This document shows positions 12,901 through 24,844 of a DNA stretch of 64,000 nt, piece after piece; within the stretch, counting starts at the first letter, position 1, and the number at the start of each line of letters is the position of its first letter. The position numbers and the translations under genes were made by a program. The notes beneath the pieces were generated by a model. That model was not told where the DNA came from and did no database searches. It saw only the letters and a program-made list of their open reading frames with translations. This DNA comes from Ramazzottius varieornatus. Taxonomy: Eukaryota; Animalia; Tardigrada. The stretch spans positions 7,700,149-7,764,148 of the forward strand of contig BDGG01000001.1 of the NCBI GenBank assembly GCA_001949185.1, written 5' to 3'.

Positions 12901-15453
12901 GGAAGAAAGTTTACGGTTTGCTGTCAAGTTTGATTAGGCTTCCCGGCGGCGATCTTGCGATTAGGTCGCTGATCGATCGTCAGTACTCCCCTGATGTTAG
13001 GATATAAACATCGCCTACTGCTTGGTAGACTTTGTCGTTGAACGGGCCTGTTTCTTCGATAACGAAGCAGCATCTGTTGTCCGTCATCAATGCAGTTTCC
13101 CGATGAGTTTTTCCCCCTCAATCGACTAAGCCTTTTGTATAGTTTCCCACTTTTGATCAGGCAGTTTTCCAATTGATTACCGCCTCCCCTTGCCAGAAAT
13201 CAATCTTGCCTGGCGGGGAGCGTGTTAGTCTGGTGGGAACAAGGAAGGGATTTCATATCGTCTTTCACAACCTGCCGCAGCTGTCTTCATGTCCTTTGGC
13301 TTTGCAATCATTTGCATAAAGGTTATGTGACGATCTGGTTACTCTTCCGAGTTGAAGCGCCGTATTTATTCATGGAACCGTATAATACATTGTTGACTTT
13401 GTCGCCAAGATGAGAATCGATCCACAGTCCAAAAACGTCTTCACACTTCTTTTTTCCAAGACTTCGTTCTTCCTCTTATTGCTTCCGCTTCCCCTTTCTC
13501 ATTCCTCCCACGCTATTCCCCAACCACCGAAACCATCCAGAAACCTTCCCTTAATTTCTCCTTAAATTCCTGCCGGAAACTCCACTCTCTTGAATCTCAT
13601 ATCTGACTGTTCATCCTTTGTTCTTGGGGGGTATTTTCCAGATTTTCTGAATATTTATTTATTTATATCACAATGGCTTCGCCGTTGCGCGATTTCTTCG
13701 GTCACTACATGGAAGTGACCGAAGACGTTGATTACCATGATCACCCCAACACCACAACCGTCACTTTTCCCCCTCTGACCCTCACTTCGGTGTCGCCCAA
13801 CACGTACATTGGCGGTCACAACGGCGGCAAGTCTTCGCCATACGACTACCGCGTCCTCAACCAGCGTTCCTACGCCGGCCAACAGGCCTACTTTGGCTAC
13901 GACGTCGAGCAATTCTCCTACATCCTGATCGCCAGTGGATGTCTAGGTTCCGTAGTCTTTGTCATTGCTTTCTGGATCGTCATGCTGATCAGAAGAACGT
14001 ATGTCAGAAGGAGGAACGCTCGGTGGATCGCCATGGGCTTCTCGCCGTCGACCCACTCGGGGTTGGCGCTGACCGACGCCTACGGTCGCAGTGATGTATA
14101 TCTGGTGCATTTCCCGGATATGCCCAGAAGTACGACGGATGTCTTTATTGGCAACGTGGGGTTCCCACCACTGGTGCCGTATGATTCGGACAGAAGGCGG
14201 CAGGAAGAGGAGTTTATCCAGTTGGGGGTGAACGATGTCAGGGTGGATAATGTGCTGGCGAGGAAAGGGTCACCGTTTCCCGAAAGGCTGATATGACACC
14301 TGTGATGGCTCTCTAAGTTAGATTGACACCGTAATTGTGGTCTGTGCTCTTCGTAGTTTCTGAATGGAAGAAACTACATGAAATTAACGGCTGCCTGTTT
14401 CTAGGCTCACTTAGCCTTGGCAAAAGCGGAAGAAGCCGTTCAACGGAGTACCGTAACGGGCAAACAAGAGGTACGTAACGGTAACGGTCCGAGCGTCTAG
14501 AAGATAACGTACCGTATATGTACCACCAAAGGAGAATGCGATAAACCCGACGAACCTTTTCAGAAGAAAAGTTTGGTTTTAAGTTAGTCGGAAGGTTTGA
14601 GCGGTATGTTTGAGTTAACTGTTTCTCGTAACAAGGGTAGGGTCTTGAGTTTCCAGACTTCGGCTCGCAGACCATTAATTTTGGCTATTTTGCTACGTAC
14701 GTTCAAATTTTGTAGTTGAGGGAAACATGGGGATGGTCAGCTTTTGCCTGTATTTTGTAACTCGTGACGCTGTCGCTTATCCTGGTTAATTAGACTGATG
14801 GATCGCTTTGTGGGAAGTTTGCATCCAACGGTCCCACGAACCACTTTACGCAAATCAACGCCGATTGCATTCAGCCAGAGATCATCCTCTTGAATGGGAC
14901 GCACTAATTGGATTAAGTGACGTGATTTTGTTCAATAAGACTAAAGTGGTTTCATCGTTAGTGATTTAACGCGTGGATCAACTCGAGCTTTCCAGAGTGC
15001 CTCCCGGGAAAAAAACTCTTGATAGACGAATGGAAGCTCGGCAAACCAACTCGACCGAATTATCTTCCCAGGTGGCGCATGCGTTCAGCCTATGACACTG
15101 ACAACGTGCGCCACTCCGACAAACTCGAAGTGGCGCACGCTACCGCCCAATATAACCGGAAACGTGCGCCACAATGGAAATCGCTTCGGCCGAGTTGGTT
15201 TGCCGAGCTTCCATATGATCATGTAGGGCCTTTTATCCAAGTTTCCCTCTTGCAGATTCACCGGTTGAAGGAAGCAGAGACCAAAGGTTTCCGCCAAGCC
15301 CTCATCGACTATGCCGAGTCACAGATGAAAGCTGCTCAAGAAACCTACGAAGTACTCCTCGAACAGATCCGGAGGATACACGAATGGGAACCTGCTTTCC
15401 CTGATGAAGACGATACTTCGATCCCAACCTCAGACTCGAACAGTAGCCTATGA
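9912..15453 (+). CDS. PX-BAR sorting nexin (divergent, SNX5/6-like); later exons include 12017-12106, 14405-14470, 15256-15453
   Basis: PX-like FSVSV..TYFFISVQK|..EIRRSIEDFRSLD..PGII|APRL..LQR|YLITVLAHPYI..SDFLT. BAR-like DPDPYFEERK, DMMQRRTSLLQELDNAKKTSEKAK|AHLALAKAEEAVQRSTVTGKQE|IHRLKEAETKGFRQALIDYAESQMK, all in compatible phases. Confidence 0.75.
10871..10947. repeat. Intronic palindromic element
   Basis: CCAGATCGTT..TGGCGCAC-N25-GTGCGTCA..ACGATCTGG. Confidence 0.8.
11690..11852. repeat. Intronic palindromic element, double core
   Basis: Core 11722-11768 (25-bp spacer) plus a second core with a 10-bp spacer. Confidence 0.85.
13673..14296 (+). CDS. Intronless 207-aa single-pass membrane protein without signal peptide, nested in a sorting nexin intron
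   Basis: ATG in good context (CACAATGG), C/G-rich third positions, one hydrophobic segment FSYILIASGCLGSVVFVIAFWIVMLI followed by RRTYVRRR. Confidence 0.7.
   Translation: MASPLRDFFGHYMEVTEDVDYHDHPNTTTVTFPPLTLTSVSPNTYIGGHNGGKSSPYDYRVLNQRSYAGQQAYFGYDVEQFSYILIASGCLGSVVFVIAFWIVMLIRRTYVRRRNARWIAMGFSPSTHSGLALTDAYGRSDVYLVHFPDMPRSTTDVFIGNVGFPPLVPYDSDRRRQEEEFIQLGVNDVRVDNVLARKGSPFPERLI
15031..15213. repeat. Intronic palindromic element, double core, intact termini
   Basis: TGGAAGCTCGGCAAACCAACTCG ... CGAGTTGGTTTGCCGAGCTTCCA; cores at 15070 and 15128, both with 25-bp spacers. Confidence 0.92.
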
Positions 15454-15899
15454 AAATTAATTTCAACTGATGGTCTTTCCGGTCCTTTTTCTTCCAGGTT
15501 TTCCACAAAATTTCATGACAAAGTTTCCTCCTACTCAGTTAGCAGTGGATTTTTTTCTCTTTTGTGTCGCTCAGAAATGCTCAACGATTTCTATAACCCG
15601 TTGAAAACGAACATACACTCCATTATTCGGCAACAATAACATACCGTGGATCATTTCTCGGATATGCAACAACAAAAATGGAAACAAAATTAGTTCCACG
15701 CTTCTTTAACCTTGTTTGCGGCAGTGAGTATTTTGTATAACCTAACAAGAACTCCGACGAACAAAGTTCGGTTGAACAACACTGTAAAGGAAGATAGCGC
15801 TACGGGGTAGGCAGTAATTCAATGAAAATTACTGCTAAAATAAGAATTCGAACGAGGAAGTAAAGCGAAAACAATAAACAGCACACTATTCTATCGAGA

Positions 15900-17595
15900 T
15901 CACGATGGTGTCTTTGCCAATCCATTTTCCTGAGAAGACTCGTTGCAGCCTGACTTATCTATCGACGGAGGGACCGTCGGTATCCAGAAGTGGGTCCTCT
16001 GGCTGGCCGTGGCGAACGTCATGTACTTCGGGTTGAACCTCAGACATGTTATGGGGTCGCTGCTCTCGCCCGTCAGCACGCAGACTTTCTCGCCGGTATG
16101 GCTTTCCCATACGTGGACCTTTCCATCCGCGGAGCCCATCAGAACATACCTTCCGTCGGGTGTGAAGGAAGCTTCCATCGGGTACTTTGATGCACTAGAA
16201 TAACCCTGCAAGAAAACCAAACTTAGTAAACCCGACGCAACACCGGCCACCTTAACTACGCTTTTAACATGCTAGCCGCAACGGGGCAACACGACGGCAT
16301 GCCTTGATCACGTTCATTGACGTGATCAAAGCGCGTATTTTAAGTCCGGTTGCGCGAGAGGTATGTCAACTCACCGTGAGCGTGTGTGCGACTCCTCCGA
16401 CGTAGGCGTCGACCAGGATGGCGTTCTTCCCGCTGGTCGTTATTAGTATTTGTGTTGTATCCGGGTTGAATTTGATGTCTGTCCATATTCCGTCTTTGAT
16501 CTGGGGGACAGGGAAGGTAAGAAACGCGCCCTGAAAGAAAACGAATGCCAAGTTGGGACGAGAAAGTGGGACGAGGGCAAGGACAAGGACAAACCCTAAC
16601 CTTAGTGGATGTGCCGCTAACCTTATCGAACGTTCGGAGATCGTATAGTCGGACCTCGGATGATTCGGAACCGACGGCCACAATGAGCCCTTCCGGGTCG
16701 TAGTTGGCGACGGGCTTTCCTGGTACGGAGAGGAGTCCTTGGGCGTTTTGTGAACGAGTATCCCATAAGCGGACAGAGCCGTCGTGTGATGAGGACAGGA
16801 AGACGTCGTCTTTTGGGTGCATTTTGAGGCCCGTCACTCTGAAACATCATTGTCAATCTTGCTTCCGAGTCTACTGGTAGAGAAAAAGATGCAGGGAAGG
16901 GACGATTTCAGTCAGCCTTGCACGACTCACGCTGTTCCGTCTTGTCAATCAAGAATCAGATCGCTTAACTGCACATCGTTAGGCTGATTGTTGATCCATC
17001 AGAAAGCATGTTTTTGAAGATTTCGACTTTTTCACTTTTACCGTTTTGCGCGAAAAGACTCCGAGCCTTCAAGCTTGAACTTACTTGTTGGTGTGGCCTT
17101 GAAAATATCTCAAATACTTGTTTTCTTGCAGATTCAGTTGCCTCAATGTGTCTGCAAAGAGAGAGCAACGCCATGAAGTGTGTGGGGAAGCGAACTGCAA
17201 GTCAAAACTGAAAACTGAAAAGCATCTCCCTCGTTGACTTACTGTCAATCTTGGTGGATCCATGGACAACCATCTTCTCGTTCTTCGTGAAGGATATGAG
17301 GGATACCCCATACTTTTTGCTGTGCAGCGTTTTTGATAATCTGCAATGAAAGCAATGTAGAACTAACTGCCCTGCTGGCTTGAAGCAGCGGTTCGCGGAA
17401 ACGGAAAAAGATGCTAATGTCGAATACTCACATGGCTTTGTCGCACTCGTACAGCTGGATGCTTTCGTCTTCGGAGCTAGTGACAACGTAGTGTCCACTG
17501 GCAGATATGTCCATATAATTGATTCGTTCGGTGTTGTCCCTGAACGTCTTGGCCACTTTGAATGTTTTGATCAGATCGCTGGTGAGACTCACCAT
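15900..17595 (-). CDS. WDR82: WD repeat protein 82 (Set1/COMPASS and PNUTS-PP1 subunit)
   Basis: FKVAKTFRDNTERINYMD, SKKYGVSLI, NKYLRYFQGHTNK, EVRLYDLRTFDK, EASFTPDGRYV, RFNPKYMTFATA. Confidence 0.93.
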
Positions 17596-18321
17596 TTTGA
17601 AGCAAGACAATGCAACTCAACATAAAGACTACACCACTCTTCGGCCTACTCTTTCCTTCGCTTCTAAGAACAGCCAGTCATCTACCAGTACTATCATTCT
17701 TCGAACGCCACTTCGAGCAGGTCAAGTTTTGTCTCCAAAGAAGACGACAGTGGGAAAACTCAGAAATGGCGAAGACACCTTCAAATTCAAAACTTTTGAG
17801 TTGATCTTGTTTGAAACCTTAGAACTATGTTAATCAGCAATCAACCGAGAAGCTCATTCTGTACAAGTGTGTGCACTTAAGTGGGCGGGCCCATCGCGCC
17901 CTGTTCTGCTCCGCGCTTTGCGTTTTATATGGGAGGAGTCTACCTGTGCACAATCTATACGCTGCAGATGGCGCTGCTGGAGAATAACATTGTACTCCAT
18001 AGTGATTCGAGATACTTCCTTTCAAGTTCCACACATCCTTTGACTGTTTGTGATCGTAGTCCTATCCCTATCCCGAGCGACAAATACTTTTATCCTTGCT
18101 CGTATTTCTCACAACCGAAACAAACAGGAAAGTCCAATAAGAAACACTATGAAAATAAAAACAAATGAAAAAATGTCATCATTGAGGGATGATAAGGACC
18201 GGTATCATAACAATCAACATAAACATTACTTTCCTAGTTTTCTGAACCAAAACGATGAAAGCGGAGCTTCATATCCTAGCTTCTGCACATACCCCCGATC
18301 TACCAAAACTGAGAATTAGCT

Positions 18322-21300
18322 TCAGGTTTTTGTTTTCGTTACTCTATCCGACTTTGCCGGTGAGACATGCGCAGTGGGTGTGCTCTTCTCCTTGACCGAC
18401 TTTTTCGCCTTCGACGACACCGGTTCGGGTTCGGGTGGTGGTGGTATGACGATATTCGCCGCGTCCAAGTCGGGTATAGGCGCCCTCCAAAAGGTGAAGG
18501 ACCCGAAGTCGTCGGCGTGTTCCAGTTCGGACCTGAGGAGGTCCGTGCCGGGCAGAACGCGGAGCGGAGGGAAGAGCATGTCGACCAGGGAAGTCTGTTG
18601 GGTGTAGGAAGACTGGGCTTGGCGAAGGACTTCCTGCTTCAGTTGACCTTGATAGTTGATGGTGAAGATGCGGTGGACCGAGACACCGATGGCTCGGTAA
18701 GAGAGCAGGTCGGTCGTCTTGTTACCGTAGGCCGCGAAGAAAGGGTTCCGGTCGGGCGGAAAGAGCGCGCGGATGTCTTTCAAACAGGCGATTTTGAACT
18801 CTTCCGGCCTCTTTACGATCACCTCCCTAAATAACAAGAGAATGAGTTAATATGGCAGACCGTTCAAGCGACCAACACAACCTACGAGCTTTTTATACAC
18901 CTACAGACTCTAAACAACGTTGGTGTTGTGAGATGCATGTATGCAGGTGAATGCTATTGAAATTTCGTTATTAGAAGGACGTTACATTCTCGAAAGCTTT
19001 GTGGAAATTCAACCAAATCTTTTTAGATGTTTCCGCACTCTTCCGGTCTTTCTGCGATCACTTCACCAAATAAAATATTAAAGTGATGATACAGTGGAGC
19101 AACTAACACAGATTACGAGCTTATCATGAGCCTGCACACACGGACCAATGTGGACGCCGTGTTGAGCATGTCTGTGGGTGTGTTCAAGTTCGCCGTTAGA
19201 AGTATATTTGGGGGACTTACTGGTGAAACGCGAGGAACAGGGACTTTGGTGAAAGGAGCAAAGGACCATCAGGTAAAGTGACGTTCTCTTGCATGATGCT
19301 TCTAAGATGGTCACGAGTGAAGTTGGCTTGACCGATGGCTCGGGAAGATAAGTACAGGAACTTGTAGCCGTTCTGGTGGATGCGGTTGTACAAGCCCGCA
19401 ACACCGGCTTGAGCCCATGTCGAACCGATGATGGGCAAAATGTGGCCCAACACATCAGACCTAAAAAGAACAACCCTGAAACAAGTACTCACTCATTTTT
19501 TTCCACTCAAACAGAACTCAGTCAACTGGAGTCGACAGAATCGTTCTTCCAAGTGGCGCACACTCTCGGGCACTAATACCGGAAACGTGCGTCACTTGGA
19601 AAACATATCTTGTCGAGTCTGCTTGCCGTGCTTCCATATCTTCACAGCGGAATATTTACCGAAAACTTACTTGGTTATTGTGCCGTCGATATCGGATATC
19701 ACAACTTTGTCATCAAAACGCCACAGAAAAATGTTGCATTTACATGTGGCTGAACCTTGGTACTTCGTTACGATGCAGAACTCGGCTTCGTTGAGACCCA
19801 TTTGAAGAGGAAGAGTTTTCTGAAACAGAAAATTCCATTACCTTATTTTTCAATGGAATTCAGATTTTTTGACCTGGAAGTTTGTAGCTTACTATTTGGT
19901 CGGAAGTTAGACGGAGTGTTTTCCGATACACCGTCCCGCCGTTCCCGGAAGGTTTCTTACCATCCGATCTCTCACTTTCCGTGTCGCTCAAAGGCGGCGA
20001 GCTCGTCATGGAGGAGTACGCCGAGGAAAACTTAGCATCTTGACTCAATGACTCCACCCGACTCTCTCGTTCTTGCGCAGACAGAGGCACGAGTTCAATC
20101 TTGGTCCCTCCAACTTCAACCATGGAGGGAAGCGTCAAAGCAGCCTCGGTATTCTCCATACGGGCTGGCTGAATCGCCGAAATTGACTCGACAGGGTGTA
20201 ACGGCGTGTTCTCCGTTACGGAATACTGCCTTTCCGAACTCCTAGAACCAGATGAGGCTAAATTCGGAATGACCATCGGAAGTAAATTTAAATGAACCTA
20301 GACAACAAAATCTCGACATGTTCGTGTTCCGAAGTGCCGCACGCGTTCTATCAGTTACTTCAACAACGTGCGCCACTTAGAGTGTCACGGCTGATTGACG
20401 AACTCCCAAATATAACTTACGATTGTTGGAGGTCGAGGTTGTCCAGAGCCAAGTATCTGTCCTTCTGGCTTCGACTCAGCGTTTCCGTCACCAGGTCTGA
20501 CAGATACCTTCCATCTTCAGTATCTTCTTTCTTGGGCGTAGTGACAGGTTTGGCAGCAGTGGCGGTGTTCGCAGACGAGGCGATTCTTGGACGTCGAATG
20601 TAGCTGAAGATACCGCTGAGATAGCCCGACCTCCTTTGCTCTTCGACACCTGCAAGAACACATACCCAGACATAAACTCGGGGAAATTCGTAAAACCAAA
20701 CCAAAGCGATATTCGGGATGTCGGCAAATAATCCGAAAATGATCGTTTTCCGAAGTGGCGCACACATGCTAACAGTAACAACAGGCACGAGCGCCACTTG
20801 AAATAACAGCCATGTTCAGTTCGCTTATCGCCGTCCCGGTTGTCGGTTGAAAACTTACGTCCGGGAGAAGGTACTGGCTCCTCCGTAATGTTTTCTAAGC
20901 TGACTGCGATGGGCGTAGTGGCAGTTTCGGCTGTCTTAGAGGGTGAAGTCTCGGGCAACTGGCCCCACTGCCAGGTTACGTTGTTCACGTTCTCTTCCTT
21001 GGCCTTCCGGGTCTCGGACTTCTTGAAATTGTCCACCTCTGAATCACTCATAAAGCCTGACGCCAGTTTGGCATCCATCCTACAGAAAAAGACAAATTGA
21101 ACTCCTCCGAAACATAATCTGGAAAGTGATAAAAAAAGACGCCCATCTTGCGTGAACCTGCATACACTCGACCCCGTACTCAAACACAGCTTAGCATATG
21201 CAGATACGTGACCGATGTGGCCTTTTGACAATTCTGTTCTAGTTTGCTTCATTTCTCACATTGCTTTTTGTTTTACACGTTTCTCGTTCTACTCGATACT

Positions 21301-22752
21301 TACCCAGGTTTCGGAGGTGTCAGCTGTCCTTCGCTCTTCGCCGACTGTGCTTCCAGGTCGACATGTTCGCTGGGCGTTCTTGAGCCGAGTGGAGAGGCGA
21401 AGTGCACATGGAGTTCTTTGTGCAGAGTTTGTATACTGTGGAAACTTTTACTGATCGAAAGACGTCTCGGTGGGTTCTTCAGTGCGACTAGGCTTTCCTC
21501 TGAAGGTTCTTCTGCTACATCGACCAGTTTCGGAAGACTCGACGTCTTCTCCAGTCTCTCACTATGACTGTCAGGTTCCGGTGTACCTTCCCGGCTGTCT
21601 TCATCCGTCATGTCCATTTTGAATATGTCGTCTTCGTCCTTGACTTTACGCAGCTGAAAACAAACCTCAGTTGGAAACTCGAGTCCGACGTGAGTCTAAA
21701 CTGGGAGCTCAACAACCGAACTCAACAAGCTCGCTGTTCAAGTGGCGCACGCTTCCAGCCAGCAACACAGAAAAAGTGCGTCACTTGGACAAACTTAACC
21801 AGGTCTTTTTATCAACTGCCGCACGTTGTCTGTGACATTGGCCGCAAACGTGTGCCAGTTGGTGACAAGACCTGGCCGAGTAGTTCTCACACGAGCTCGC
21901 AATTAGTTTTTGATACCTTCGTCCGACGTTTCCGTCGGGATTTGGTCTTTGTTTTTCGGCTATCGGGAGACTGCTCCTGCATCTCGTCAGAGTTACCACT
22001 TTCATGGCGAGCGCGTTCTTCTGGCGACTCGGAATCTTCGCGACCGATTCGAAGAGCTTCGGCGGAATTGACGGAAGCAACGGAGGATTTTGGTGCTTCG
22101 CTGATGTGCGAGATGCTGGGCGCGGAGGTGGCCAAGCTAGGTGGCGGAGCCGATGGTTGGTTGGTGGGACTGCTGGGAAGCTCCATAACTTCCTTCAAGG
22201 GTAGTGGAGATGTCGCCAGATGCGTGAGAACATCCTGGAACAACAACAGTAAATTGAGAGGAGAACTTTGTCGCGCCGACTACGCTTTGTCCACGTTGCG
22301 AGAACAAGTAAAAGCACGGCACCGTGATCGGATTTCAACACCGGGCTAAATGCAACCTAGGAGAGCATTTCAAGGCGCGTATGACGTTTAAGTCACAATA
22401 TCACGACGTAAGTATCACGTGACGTCATGCGCGATTGAGCTGAAGCAAGATGAAATATGACTCCTGGGTTTACCTCGGTGTTCTCGCTTTCTTCGCTTAC
22501 AAAGAAGGCTTCGCCCGTTTCTCCCAGTTTCATGTGAAGGTCCACTGGCTCGCCATTGATAGTGATGTCCACAATCTTCTCGCGTCGGTTGAAGACTCCA
22601 CGTTTGCCAAAGCGAACGTGGAAGGGCGAGCAAGCGTACGTTCCATCTTCCTGCTCCACAACCACCACGTCGATGGCGCCCGACAATGTCGCTGGATTGA
22701 CATCGTTGTACAGATCACGGAAAGTCGTGACGAACTTTCCGATATAATTCAT
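18322..22752 (-). CDS. LPIN: Phosphatidate phosphatase lipin
   Basis: [33 protein letters not shown]; [15 protein letters not shown]|[30 protein letters not shown]. Confidence 0.96.
19520..19635. repeat. Intronic palindromic element (lipin)
   Basis: Core 19551-19597, spacer 25 bp. Confidence 0.88.
20300..20408. repeat. Intronic palindromic element (lipin)
   Basis: AAGTGCCGCAC-N25-GTGCGCCACTT. Confidence 0.8.
20720..20810. repeat. Intronic palindromic element (lipin)
   Basis: AAGTGGCGCAC-N25-GAGCGCCACTT. Confidence 0.8.
21702..21885. repeat. Intronic palindromic element, double core (lipin)
   Basis: AAGTGGCGCAC-N25-GTGCGTCACTT plus a degenerate second core. Confidence 0.8.
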
Positions 22753-24844
22753 TTCCTGTAAAGCAGAGAACTCACGGTGTCCACAAAAGATCCAGAAAGA
22801 CAAAATTCGTATATCAAACGAATGAGTTGATTCGACTACACCTTTATCGCTTGATTGCTTACTTCTTCCCAGCTGGACAAAATCGATATTCCGTGTCCGA
22901 ATCGCAGCGTAAATCACTTCCGGCGGATGATAACGACGTCCTTAACCTTGTTTAGTGGCAGACTCTTTCGTCACCGAACGATGCGCGCTAGGCATGCATC
23001 GGATGTTGACCTGAAAGCAGTAGAATGATGTTATTAGCACAACAAACTCATTCCGAATCTGTTCTGTTCAGAATCCGCTTCAAGCTTCAGTGATTTTCGT
23101 GATCAGAAAGCCTGAGGCTCCTTCACGAATTCAGGGTCAGCTGTTCAAAACGAGACAAAGCAATACCCTTATCGCTTGTCTCTGAGTTGCTCAAGTGCAC
23201 TTTCGTCACCATAGCATAGATCACTCAGAAGAGATAAAGGGACATCCAAGACTACAAGGTCCAAGTGCCGATCAAGATACCAAGGAGAAACCTTCTTCCG
23301 TTGTGTTTGCTTTTGCCTTTTGAGATCGCGATTGAAGTCTGCAAACTCAGCGGAAAACGAGAAGATCGAGAACACACTGGCCGGAACTGGCCATATACCG
23401 GTAAATCTTGAGTCATTCGGCATATATCGCGTTGAGTCAGAGATCACGTGCGCTCCGAAAATTGCTTATGCTATTTGAAGACCACGTGCTCACTTCTGCC
23501 TCTGTTTGTTCTGGACCGACAATATTCCAGTTGGTTCCAGCAGTCCCACATTCCCGCGCAGTTTTCTCCAATTCGAAACAGTTTCAAAAACTTCCCGAAC
23601 GAAAATTAAGTAAAATGTTGCTGCACTCGCACCTTCAGGATCAGATCTTGACCAGCTGATTTCTGTGGGAAGAGGAAATCCTGCTGCCTGGACCAGCAAG
23701 GCTGCTCGCTCCGCGAACACTGGTACGATGATCCCGTAATTACTAGCGAAGCATTCATCCGGATCAATTAGACTACTACATGCTGAAATGAAGGTTTCTT
23801 CCACGGATGCGACGAACTTCAAAGATACATAAACTGTAACTCGGTTCCTGCCAAAGAGAAATCGATTGGGACTCTCCTCCACTCGCGACCAATAGTTTTA
23901 CACCGCAATTCCCCGTAGCGCTTTCTCAGCATTATCATGTTTAAATTGTAATTTTGTTCCGATTATGTAAGACTGGAAATACTTGCTTATCAGCGCGAGA
24001 CTTGCGGCATCACGCGATTCTTCTTCGACTAGGCGACAGAGTATCTGGCACCAGACCGAATTGCTCGTCAAGCATGGATGACTTCCTCAGCGCTGCAGGG
24101 TTAGCACGTTCTTCTTTGCGGGCTTCCAAGTTCCACGACGGGGTTCGTCGTACATGTCGTTCGCTATCGATATTTTCGAATAATAACATCTTCAGTGTTG
24201 ACGTTGAGCAAAGCACGAGCTCGAACAGCACAGGAAAGTTTTCCGAAACGATCTCCAATCAATCGTCAAAGTTTTGTAAGTGGCGCAGTTTATATGGAAA
24301 AGGCCAGTAGACATGCGTGACTCTATCAAATTCACCGAGTGGCGCGTTTTGTACGGACGAATCCACTAAATCTGCGCATTTTCATCAGAGAAGAATAACC
24401 TATTTTCTTTACTGCATCTTTCTATAACTTTACAGTCCACTTGATTTTCGTAGGAGCAAGCGCTCTGTCACCTTAGCTCAGCCAAACGAACATCGTGCGT
24501 TGTTTAGTGGTTTATTAGTTCAAATGGAGTAAGGCTAGAAACCTAAAATAAAACACATGGCCGACAAAAAGTTCGAGAAAAGGACGTTCAACTTAAAACA
24601 TCCAAGTGTGTGAAACTACCGTACGCTTCCTAAAAAAGGGAGAGAAAAAATAGACAAGAAGAAAAGGGGGCCCATCCTATCTTCCTTCACTTCGAACTTG
24701 ACTTACGACGACAAAAGAGAGGTTGTAACATTGACACAATACGAAAAGCAACTGCAGATGGACATACTTTTCAAGAGCAAATTCTATTCTATGAGACCAA
24801 CTTATAACGGACGATTGGCGAAACATTCTCTGATCTTCTAGTCT

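Noticed and set aside
23169-24310. Several 80-130 aa ORFs upstream of lipin
   Set aside because: No recognisable domain or consistent splice model; may be UTR/intron or an orphan gene that I cannot support
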